From a plasmid, in sequence record NZ_CP027230.1: DNA of 28,678 bases, one strand, 5' to 3'. Position numbers and translations under genes: made by a program. This document shows, piece by piece, positions 6,662-14,552 of the stretch. The notes beneath the pieces are model-generated. The model saw only the letters and a program-made list of their open reading frames with translations, was not told the DNA's origin and ran no database searches. Each line of letters starts with the position of its first letter. Position 1 is the first letter of the stretch.

Positions 6662-7279
6662 ATGAAATCAAAGAAAAAAATCATTTTCCATACAGGGCGC
6701 GGGGGGCGCTTTCACAATGGCGGTTATATAACTGCTAAAAAAATTATAGCTAATGACTTTGATGCAGGTGAGGCAGATAAGTTGGGGTATAATGTTTATT
6801 ACAACTATCAAGGCGAACCTTTCGATTTGCCCGCTACCCCAGAGGGGTGGGAAGGTATAGACCCACAAGAAATTAAAGTGCTCGATGGGGGAGGCGACGA
6901 GGTTTGTGACTATTCCGATATTTTAGCGGATTATGGCACAATGAATTTTGATAACGAATATGACGGTATTACGTGGAAGACTTTCGACTTATTAGAGGAA
7001 AGCGATTTGTTTGTAATGCTTCGCGACCTTACAACCTATGAATGTTATACTTTGTTTATAGAAAGCGATAAGTATAATTTCTACTTGTTAAAGTTACTTT
7101 TTTTAGATGGCAAACGGCTGAATTTGTCAGTGAGAGAAACCGCCGAGATATTAGCCGATGATTACCCTACCGACTTTGACGAACTTGTAAATTGTGGTCT
7201 TATTGAAGAATATGACCCAGAGGGGGGAGAATATTCGGTAGTTAAGGACGGTAAACGTTATCAACTTAATTGGATATAA
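6662..7279 (+). CDS. Strongly acidic hypothetical protein, about 205 aa (start adjusted to the ATG at 6662; the ORF track began at 6569)
   Basis: The 6569 start would force the conserved intergenic 26-bp motif (6630-6655) to be coding and would overlap the upstream ORF. The ATG at 6662 follows the motif directly. The protein carries about 45 Asp/Glu and about 12 Lys/Arg in its C-terminal 175 aa. Confidence 0.5.
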   Translation: MKSKKKIIFHTGRGGRFHNGGYITAKKIIANDFDAGEADKLGYNVYYNYQGEPFDLPATPEGWEGIDPQEIKVLDGGGDEVCDYSDILADYGTMNFDNEYDGITWKTFDLLEESDLFVMLRDLTTYECYTLFIESDKYNFYLLKLLFLDGKRLNLSVRETAEILADDYPTDFDELVNCGLIEEYDPEGGEYSVVKDGKRYQLNWI

Positions 7280-7320
7280 CACCCGCACAGGGTACAAGGG
7301 CAAGGGCTTGTAAAATAGCC

Positions 7321-8166
7321 CTTCCTGCCCCTTAAAATAGGAGTAAAACATTTGTGGTGAGCCAGCCCCAAACTTTTGGACGCTGACATCACTGATCACA
7401 AATGTTTTACAACCTTAATAGTGGTGTTGCTCACCAAAAATAAGCAACCTCGTACACAAGGTACAGAGGTAGCTTTTTTTTGGCTTCACAACAACCAAAA
7501 GCGGTGTAAAGAGGGGTGAAAAGACCTTGCCCCCACTCGTGGACGGCAAGACCTTTTTTCACCCCTCTTTACAGTGTAGTTTCTAAGCCCACCCACCGCC
7601 CTTTTGCCCCTCCCCTAACCCCTCCCCACAGGGGAGGGGAACAGACCCGAATAAGGTGACTAAAATTAAAATACTTATAATTGCCAATTTATTTTTGTTT
7701 TCTCTTAATTTTTTCTCACTTCAAATCATCTTCTTTAGCTCTCATTTTTCTACTGCAAAGGTATGGCGGGGGGAAAACACAGCAAAAAAAATGAGGCTTT
7801 CATTAATTTTTTTGTCCTCGCCAGAGGCTGCGGAAAAAAATTAACGAACCTTCCTAATTTTTTTATGCTTTAGTTTTACGAGAACCCCCCGCCCTGATAG
7901 AGCAGTAGAAAAAGAGGCAAAAGAAGATTTAGGGTTTGAGGCTTTGGGGGAAAAAATATTGTTTGCTTTTTATTTTCTCTTCTCTTTTTTGTCCGAGCCG
8001 GACGCGCTTGAAAAACTTTGTTTTTCTGTATATATCAAACCGAAAATGATGAAAGAAAAAATATATGGCAAATGTTATATATGTAACAAAATATTTATGA
8101 AAAATATACATAATAATTTGTGTATATTATTTATTTGTCGTATATTTGCAGTGTAATAATAATTAT
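7321..8166 (+). repeat. Copy 2 of the duplicated structured GC-rich noncoding module (part A 7321-7661; part B about 7704-8166), ending in a sigma-A promoter upstream of the parA/traA operon
   Basis: Direct sequence identity with 3808-4154 and 4472-4934. Local GC is about 50%, against about 30% for the surrounding DNA. Confidence 0.85.
8107..8156 (+). promoter_or_regulatory. Third copy of the conserved sigma-A promoter (identical to 4875-4922) at the 3' end of repeat copy 2, upstream of parA/traA
   Basis: Identical sequence TACATAATAATTTGTGTATATTATTTATTTGTCGTATATTTGCAGTGTAATAATAATT. Confidence 0.55.
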
Positions 8167-8281
8167 TAATAAAACAGAGCATTGTAAACACGCCTGTAAT
8201 GTAATTGAAGACTGACCCGAGTAAGTCACTAAACTGCTCATTTATATAGTATTTGTAATAACTTCTTAATAATTAAACACT

Positions 8282-9031
8282 ATGAATGTATTAGTAAATT
8301 TAAACCACAAAGGAGGGGTAGGAAAAACTACCAATACTATTCATATAGGCGCAGAGCTTATGAATAGGGGCTATAAAGTTTTATTGATTGATGCAGACAA
8401 TCAATGTGATTTAACAGTAGGCATAGGGGTAAAAGAAAGCCGGTATACAATACAAAATTTTTTGAATTGTGAACAAGGTTATAGGGTAGCTACAGTGTCT
8501 GAAAATTTTCATGTTCTTGCTGGACATCCTAATTTTCATGCAAACAGGTATAACCGATTAGCTTTGGGTAAGGCTATAAATCATTATAACCTTGCAGGTT
8601 TTTATGATTTTATTCTTGTTGATGTACCGCCTACAGGTATTAATCCTGAAGCTACATCGCCCGCAGAGCTGGCTTTGTGCGCTTGTAATTACTTTTTTGT
8701 ACCTTTGCAGGCCGATATGTTTTCAATTAAAAATATAAACGCTTTTTTAGGTAGGGTGCTTGAAATGAGAAAATACAATCCTAACATGAAGTTTTTAGGT
8801 ATGTATTTTAGTAATGTACTTACTACCACAAGCGTGTTTAAAGAATATTACCAAATGTTACAAGAACAGGCTCCTGATAATCTTTTTACTACTTATATTC
8901 GTAGAGATACTGAAGTGGTAAAAGCTGCTATTTTAGGACAAACTATCTTTGAATATAACGAGAAGTGTCGAGCGAGTGATGATTTTAAAAGTTTGGTAAG
9001 TGAAATTTTAAGTAGAATTGAAAAAATATAA
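8282..9031 (+). CDS. ParA/MinD-family ATPase (conjugative-transposon TraA-like partition ATPase)
   Basis: Deviant Walker A KGGVGKTT at the N-terminus, ...LLIDADNQCDLT..., ...ILVDVPPTG... 249 aa. Typical first gene of a Bacteroidetes tra operon. Confidence 0.8.
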   Translation: MNVLVNLNHKGGVGKTTNTIHIGAELMNRGYKVLLIDADNQCDLTVGIGVKESRYTIQNFLNCEQGYRVATVSENFHVLAGHPNFHANRYNRLALGKAINHYNLAGFYDFILVDVPPTGINPEATSPAELALCACNYFFVPLQADMFSIKNINAFLGRVLEMRKYNPNMKFLGMYFSNVLTTTSVFKEYYQMLQEQAPDNLFTTYIRRDTEVVKAAILGQTIFEYNEKCRASDDFKSLVSEILSRIEKI

Positions 9032-9329
9032 AAAAATGGAAATATCAAAAATTTTTGATGCTATTTCATTGTTAATAGCTGTTTTGTGTTTATCTTTCTT
9101 AATTGTACAAATAAGACAAGTTTTTTTTGTAAGAAGTTCAACAAACGTTAAATCTCTCTTTTTTCCTATTGTAATATTGGTAACTTCTATGACTTATTTT
9201 TCGTTCAAAGAATCGAAATCAGACTATTTTTACAATGATAAAGGGGAAAGATATTACAAATTGAAATTAGACAATGATAATATTATTCGTGATAGTTTAC
9301 AAAAAAATGAAAACACTAAAAAAGATTAA
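9018..9329 (+). CDS. Small membrane protein (2 predicted TM helices), 103 aa
   Basis: Overlaps the parA stop by 14 nt. Hydrophobic segments ISLLIAVLCLSFLIV and FFPIVILVTSMTYF. Confidence 0.35.
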   Translation: MKKYKKMEISKIFDAISLLIAVLCLSFLIVQIRQVFFVRSSTNVKSLFFPIVILVTSMTYFSFKESKSDYFYNDKGERYYKLKLDNDNIIRDSLQKNENTKKD

Positions 9330-9331
9330 TA

Positions 9332-9913
9332 ATGGCAAAGAAAACAACAACAATTTTTGAACGTGGAGCGTTTAATTTAGATAACCTCCAAGCAATTAAT
9401 AAAGCGCAGGAGGAGGAACCTGTACCTAATATCCATATCCAAGGTAAAGAGGATAAAGGTATGAAAAGATACATAATACAGTCGTATCTTACGGCTGACT
9501 ACATAAAGAAGTATGAAAAGATATATACGAAATTTATACTTTCAATAAGTAAAAGGGTGCTAAAGAAAAATTTTCTTTTCATAATGGTAAAAGCTTATGC
9601 AATCCATTTAGAAGAAAAAGGGCAGTTAAAAACGCCTCCTGATAGGGACTTTGTTCCTAATTTATTAAGAAGACTGGGGAGGAGAAAAAACGACGGTGAG
9701 AAAAAAGAAATATACGTCTTTTGCCACTGTAGAAGAATAGAAGAATACAACTTGTTAGACGACGTGCTGTATTCTTTAGCCCAAACCATTGACGACCCTG
9801 TTAATGTATTAAATCAAACATATTACTATGTTACTATGATTGATTACTTTGAAGCTCATATCAAAGAAATTATAACTGATTATAACAATTACCCAGAAAA
9901 ATATACAGTATAA
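9332..9913 (+). CDS. Hypothetical protein, 193 aa. Because it follows parA, it is a candidate partition-adaptor or TraC-like protein
   Basis: ORF tightly packed after the previous gene (2-nt gap). Basic, no recognisable motif. Confidence 0.4.
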   Translation: MAKKTTTIFERGAFNLDNLQAINKAQEEEPVPNIHIQGKEDKGMKRYIIQSYLTADYIKKYEKIYTKFILSISKRVLKKNFLFIMVKAYAIHLEEKGQLKTPPDRDFVPNLLRRLGRRKNDGEKKEIYVFCHCRRIEEYNLLDDVLYSLAQTIDDPVNVLNQTYYYVTMIDYFEAHIKEIITDYNNYPEKYTV

Positions 9914-9944
9914 TTTTTTTCTTTCAACATTAAATTTTGCAGTT

Positions 9945-10163
9945 ATGAATAATTGTACTTACTTTGTCATATTGTTATTGCTATTCTTAGGGATAGCAGT
10001 ACACAATATGTATAGGCTCAATAGAGCGCGTAAAGACGCGCTAAACCGCCTGCACCACCTCGTAACAAGGAACCTTGCAGGCGAGCTGCTAACATCGGAA
10101 GAACTCACCGAGCTGACAGATTTAAGTAAAACTTTTGAACAAATTAAAAATAAATTCATATGA
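9945..10163 (+). CDS. Small protein with an N-terminal TM helix, 72 aa
   Basis: ORF preceded by a TTTTTTTCTTTCAAC motif. Hydrophobic N-terminus FVILLLLFLGIAV. Its end overlaps the next ORF's start (ATGA). Confidence 0.3.
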   Translation: MNNCTYFVILLLLFLGIAVHNMYRLNRARKDALNRLHHLVTRNLAGELLTSEELTELTDLSKTFEQIKNKFI

Positions 10164-11293
10164 AAGAAGAAGATAACAAAATGCCCGAAAACGTCATTGT
10201 AAGAGAAAAGTTTAATACGGACTATATAGATAGGGACGTTATTAGACTTAGCAATGATTTTATTGAAGACTTTTTTTTATCAGAAGAAACGTCTTTAGAA
10301 TTATCTATTAACTGTTATAAAATCATTTTTGAGATTATGAAAATAATCCACAATGAACAGTTTAAACTTGAAGAAAATAAGCGTAAGGGACAATTAAGGT
10401 TGTTTGAAGATGATTTTTTAACTGAAAACAACACTTATTTGTTAATTAAAATTAGAAACTCTAAGATAACAAGAGATACTAAGTTATTGGAAGAAGCGTA
10501 CGAAAAATTAGTTAAATACAAACAGAAATGGTACAAAGCAACTAATTCTAAAGGAAAAAAAATAAAGACCTTTGGGGGGCTCATTTCAAATGTTAATTAT
10601 GAAGACTTTGAAAGAGGTTATACGAGATTTTTAGTTAGTTCTTACTGGCTTCAAAAAATGTTAGATTTAGCAAACAAAGGTTATAACAATTTTCTTGCTG
10701 GAATTATTAATCAAACTAATAGTTCAAAGAATATTTTTACTGCAATATGGTTAACTCATAGGGCAGTAGACAGCGAACGTTTAACGGTTCGGTATCTTAA
10801 TGAAACTTTTGGTGTAAATTGTAAAACAGCGAGAGACTTTTGTAATAAGTTTTTAAAACTGCGAAAAAGTTTTTTAGACAAAAATGCGCTAACATCTTTT
10901 AATTATAAAGCGGACGGAGCGGGGCACGTTATCATTGAAAGGTATAAAAATAAGACTCTAAACCAAGAAGGTCTAATAACGCCTGAAAGTACAAATGAAC
11001 AGCAAATAAAAACATACATAGCAAGTTACTATAAGAAAAGGCATAAGCTAACAAATGAACAACACGCTTTTATTAAGAGAGAATTAAAGAATAGTCCTAA
11101 GAACAAGAAACTTTTAACAGAAGCGTATAATAGGCTTGTAGTTTTCACAAAGTTAGGCTGCAATGGTGAATATAAAGTAATGACCGATTATGTAGGAATT
11201 AAGTTTATTTTACACTTCCAACAATTCATCAATACTCTTTGCCAAGAAGAAGGTATACCAAAGGAATTGTGGCCAAATTTTGGTAAAAAATAG
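10160..11293 (+). CDS. Hypothetical 377-aa protein; candidate replication initiator (Rep), inferred from the adjacent iterons
   Basis: No diagnostic motif recognised. It lies immediately upstream of the terminator, the 6x iteron array, the AT-rich tract and the primase gene. Confidence 0.3.
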   Translation: MKEEDNKMPENVIVREKFNTDYIDRDVIRLSNDFIEDFFLSEETSLELSINCYKIIFEIMKIIHNEQFKLEENKRKGQLRLFEDDFLTENNTYLLIKIRNSKITRDTKLLEEAYEKLVKYKQKWYKATNSKGKKIKTFGGLISNVNYEDFERGYTRFLVSSYWLQKMLDLANKGYNNFLAGIINQTNSSKNIFTAIWLTHRAVDSERLTVRYLNETFGVNCKTARDFCNKFLKLRKSFLDKNALTSFNYKADGAGHVIIERYKNKTLNQEGLITPESTNEQQIKTYIASYYKKRHKLTNEQHAFIKRELKNSPKNKKLLTEAYNRLVVFTKLGCNGEYKVMTDYVGIKFILHFQQFINTLCQEEGIPKELWPNFGKK

Positions 11294-11336
11294 TCGCTAA
11301 AACAATAATTATACCAAATATATTGTTAAAGAGAAA

Positions 11337-11366
11337 AGAGGCTAAAAAATAGCCTCTTTTTTAATT
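11337..11366 (+). terminator. Rho-independent terminator
   Basis: AGAGGCT-AAAAAAT-AGCCTCT followed by TTTTTTAATTTT. Confidence 0.65.
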
Positions 11367-11380
11367 TTCTATGTTTGAAT

Positions 11381-11580
11381 AATTGCAAGATACCACGTAC
11401 AATAAAAATTAATATGCTTATTTTCAACACAATAGAAAACCAATAAAAAGTTATCAACAAATTTCAATTGCAAGATACCACGTACAAATTTCAATTGCAA
11501 GATACCACGTACGGAATTGCAAGATACCACGTACGGAATTGCAAGATACCACGTACAGGCAATTGCAAGATACCACGTAC
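11381..11580 (+). repeat. Iteron array: 6 direct copies of the 20-mer AATTGCAAGATACCACGTAC (candidate oriV or Rep/partition binding sites)
   Basis: Exact copies at 11381, 11466, 11493, 11515, 11537 and 11561. The last five are spaced 22-27 bp apart, about two helical turns. Confidence 0.8.
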
Positions 11581-11940
11581 GGAAAAATTATTATAAAATA
11601 TTGATTAACATTGTTTTAAAGCGTATTTTTTCACTCGCCAAAATTATAGTTATTATATATAAAAAGTAATTACTAAAATTTTTAGTGACTTTTTATATTT
11701 CATCATTAAAAACAAAAAAATTTAAAAAAAATCAAAACGCGATTTTCAAAAAAGGAGCAAAAAAATTTTGCAAAAAGCCAAAACTAAAAAAATGATATTA
11801 CCACCAAAATAGTCAAAACTTAAAATAAAGCCATTAAACGGCAAAATTTATTTGCAAGTATCTTTTATCGCCAGAGGCGATAAAGCACACTAAAAAAGGC
11901 TATTTTTAAGTAAAAACAAAGTTTATACTTAAAAAAGTCC
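11581..11940. other. AT-rich tract (A/T runs, about 80% AT) adjacent to the iterons; candidate DNA-unwinding element
   Basis: Composition and position between the iterons and the primase promoter. Contains the small hairpin TATCGCC-AGA-GGCGATA at about 11868-11884. Confidence 0.4.
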
Positions 11941-11978
11941 TTACATTAATGATGAAAGAAAAAAGAAAAAGAATTTTA

Positions 11979-12030
11979 TACATAATAATTTGCGTATATT
12001 ATTTATTTGTTGTATCTTTGCCGTGTAATA
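11979..12030 (+). promoter_or_regulatory. Fourth copy of the conserved sigma-A promoter/leader, upstream of the primase gene
   Basis: TACATAATAATTTGCGTATATTATTTATTTGTTGTATCTTTGCCGTGTAATAATAATTTA (TTTG-N20-TATCTTTG). The upstream ATGATGAAAGAAAAAA element is also shared with the copy at 4813-4830. Confidence 0.55.
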
Positions 12031-12051
12031 ATAATTTAAAAAGCTATAGCT

Positions 12052-13008
12052 ATGAAAAAACAAACAAAAGGGGGGTCGCCCCATTATTTAACAGAAGAGC
12101 AGCGCGAGGCTATTTTGAACTGCGTAGATTTACGCGATTATTTTATGTATTTAGCCTCTAAGGGTATTTTTCAATGCAATAAAAAGCGTGGTAAGTGGTT
12201 TTACTTTTCTGATTCTAATAGTAAAATAGCTGTCTGTGAAGACAAGTGGCACGACTTTAAATTAGGCGAGGGAGGAAGAACCTTAAACGCAGTAATGAAG
12301 TTTGAATGTCTGAATTGGTTGGAAGCTCATTACTTTTTAGCTAATTTTACAAATACTTGTGCGCAGGTATTTGTGGAGGAACGCCAACGTTCGCAGAGCG
12401 ACACAAGGCGTACAGATACAGCAGAATTTTATATAAACCAAGTTATAAAGCCTAACCACCCCGATTTAATTAGCTACTTTGAACAGGAGAGGGGTATACC
12501 CAGAGAAATATTTATGAAATATACCAGACAGATACATTTTCAGTTGAAAACAGAAAATGGCAATTGGGTGAGAGGTTTCGGTTTAGGGTGGAAGAACAGG
12601 GCAGGAGGCTATGAGATTAAAAGTAGCTACAGACCTACCAAGTTAGGAACTACAGATTACACCGATCTGGGGAACCTAAGAGCAAAAGGTATTTTTGTAT
12701 TTGAAGGTATGTGTGATATGCTTTCAATGGCAACAATGTTACATCTAAAGGGTAAAAATTTAGAAGATTATCGCTTTATTTGTTTAAATTCTGTAAGTAA
12801 TTCTAACAGCTTCATTAAACATTTTCAAATCGAGGACGGTTTAAAAATTTATCTTTGTCTTGATGGTGATAAAGAGGGAGAAAAACACACTCAAAAACTC
12901 TTACAAGCGTACCCTAATGCGCGTGATATTAGGGCAGATTTTTCAATAGGGAAAGAGGGTATAAAAGACCTTAATGATTTTTGGAAATCAATCAATCATA
13001 CAGTCTAA
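12052..13008 (+). CDS. Toprim-domain DNA primase-like protein (TraP-like), 318 aa
   Basis: Degenerate zinc-finger-like N-terminal block (..KWFYFSDSNSKIAVCEDKWHDFKLGEGGRTLNAVMKFE..). Toprim motifs FEGMCD and LCLDGDKEGE (E...DxD). Confidence 0.55.
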   Translation: MKKQTKGGSPHYLTEEQREAILNCVDLRDYFMYLASKGIFQCNKKRGKWFYFSDSNSKIAVCEDKWHDFKLGEGGRTLNAVMKFECLNWLEAHYFLANFTNTCAQVFVEERQRSQSDTRRTDTAEFYINQVIKPNHPDLISYFEQERGIPREIFMKYTRQIHFQLKTENGNWVRGFGLGWKNRAGGYEIKSSYRPTKLGTTDYTDLGNLRAKGIFVFEGMCDMLSMATMLHLKGKNLEDYRFICLNSVSNSNSFIKHFQIEDGLKIYLCLDGDKEGEKHTQKLLQAYPNARDIRADFSIGKEGIKDLNDFWKSINHTV

Positions 13009-13205
13009 AAAATAGGCTGTATTTTTTTTCTTTCACCATTTAATTTTTTTGTTATACCTTTGCCTAAAATATTACGGTAAAAATATGCAAAGTAAGCTCA
13101 AAAAAAAGTCTTTTTTTAAGCAGTTTTACACTGGATACTACTCCTTATTATTCAATTTTATTTATGATATTATTAACATAATAAAAGAAAATATTAAAAA
13201 TAAAG

Positions 13206-13424
13206 ATGCTAAGAGAATTAAGGAAGAAGTACATTAAGGACGCTAAAAAATTAGATGAAATTTTGGACAACGTTCGTTGTTCAAAATACTACATTGAGAA
13301 TAATTTTACAGATATAAAATTATTTAAGTATCTTCGTTATCTAAGAGAGAACGGAGCGGACTTGAATACTTTTTTTGATGGTGATATTAAGGTGATAGAC
13401 AGGAGTAGGAAAAAGAATGTTTAG
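13206..13424 (+). CDS. Hypothetical small protein, 72 aa
   Basis: ORF only; overlaps a weaker 62-aa ORF (13049-13237) in another frame. Confidence 0.3.
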   Translation: MLRELRKKYIKDAKKLDEILDNVRCSKYYIENNFTDIKLFKYLRYLRENGADLNTFFDGDIKVIDRSRKKNV

Positions 13425-13429
13425 CAGTC

Positions 13430-13890
13430 ATAATAAATAAATTTGTACCCTTAAAATTTTGTAGAGCTCAATGCTAAGAAGAGTGCCATTTTTTTTAAAT
13501 GGTGCTCTTTTTTCTTTCACTACTTACGGTTATTACAGGGCTGTTTTTTATCTATAAGGTCTCTTACTTTTTACTTGCCATTTTTCTTCTCGTCACAACT
13601 TTTATTCTGTGCTAATCTTCTTTTTTACTGGTGCCCTTATAGGGGCTTTTTTAAAAGTGTATTAGCCTTTTTTTTGTAGTGTCTCGGTCGTGACAGTAGG
13701 GAGCAAGAGGGAACGGCGGAATAAAATTCCGCAGTTCGTTAGTTGTTTGGTAATGAATGGTTTAATGATTTTATGAATATTATAGAAAGTTCAAATAAAG
13801 TTTTTAAAAGTTTTTTTCTTTCACTATTTTCTCTAAATTATTGTTTTTCAAAATTTATTTTGTAACTTTGCAAAGTTAAAATAAAGTTTT
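13430..13890. other. Candidate oriT region upstream of the mob genes
   Basis: A 460-bp noncoding stretch immediately 5' of the Mob accessory/relaxase operon. Contains several inverted repeats (AGAGTGCCATTTTTTTTAAATGGTGCTCT near 13470-13500; GCGGAAT-AAA-ATTCCGC at 13716-13732). Position only; no nic site identified. Confidence 0.3.
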
Positions 13891-13892
13891 TT

Positions 13893-14552
13893 ATGAATAA
13901 AGTAATTAAACCAACATTAAATGTATATCCTCAAACAAAGGAATTGGTTAATAAGGTTAAAGATGTATATAAATATAAAACAATAGATGATTGTATTAGT
14001 GAAGTCTTTACTTTTATTGATAAAAATAATATCAATCCTACAGAACCATTTAAGGAAGAAACTCCTACAGAAGTCTATAGGAATGATATACGTATGTACT
14101 TTGATGATTTGCGAAAATTTCAACGTGACGACAGTCAGAGTTTGCGCAAATTTTTGGGGGCATTAGAGAAGACTTATTTAAAACCACTCATTAATAAATT
14201 AGAAAATAAAGATGTATTACAGGCGGTTGATTTAGCTAAGCCGACCCCTCCAGAGCCCACTACTTCTTTGAGTGATTTAATAGCTAAAAATAACGCTAAT
14301 CCTACTGCTGATAGCGCTTTCACTTCTGTAGAAAATTCGTCTGAAGTGGAAAAATTGAAATCTAAAATTGAAGCCTTGAAGAAGGCAAATAAAGAGGCTT
14401 TGGAACACATTGATATTTGTAAAAATGTGTTAAAAGAAATTTCTAATAATATGTCTTACATAAAGTCATTTACAGGTTCAGGTATGCTATGTAAAATTGA
14501 TATGAAGAGAGATGTTTTTTTAGAATTAATGAACCGCACAGGAGTTATATAA
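13893..14552 (+). CDS. Putative relaxosome accessory (Mob) protein, 219 aa
   Basis: Its stop overlaps the relaxase start (ATAATG). C-terminal coiled-coil heptads (EVEKLKSKIEALKKANKEALEH). Confidence 0.35.
   Translation: MNKVIKPTLNVYPQTKELVNKVKDVYKYKTIDDCISEVFTFIDKNNINPTEPFKEETPTEVYRNDIRMYFDDLRKFQRDDSQSLRKFLGALEKTYLKPLINKLENKDVLQAVDLAKPTPPEPTTSLSDLIAKNNANPTADSAFTSVENSSEVEKLKSKIEALKKANKEALEHIDICKNVLKEISNNMSYIKSFTGSGMLCKIDMKRDVFLELMNRTGVI

Noticed and set aside
11381-11580. Direct-repeat array considered as a CRISPR array
   Set aside because: The repeats are 20 bp with 2-7-bp (one 65-bp) spacers and there are no cas genes. The architecture fits iterons, not CRISPR.
11949-12161. 70-aa ORF overlapping the primase promoter and start
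   Set aside because: It spans the conserved promoter/leader copy and is out of frame with the primase. It is an artefact of the AT-rich leader.
13049-13237. 62-aa ORF (probable start 13085) overlapping the 72-aa ORF at 13206
   Set aside because: It is extremely K/I/N-rich low complexity. It could be real or a frameshifted part of the neighbouring ORF, so I kept only the downstream ORF, at low confidence.
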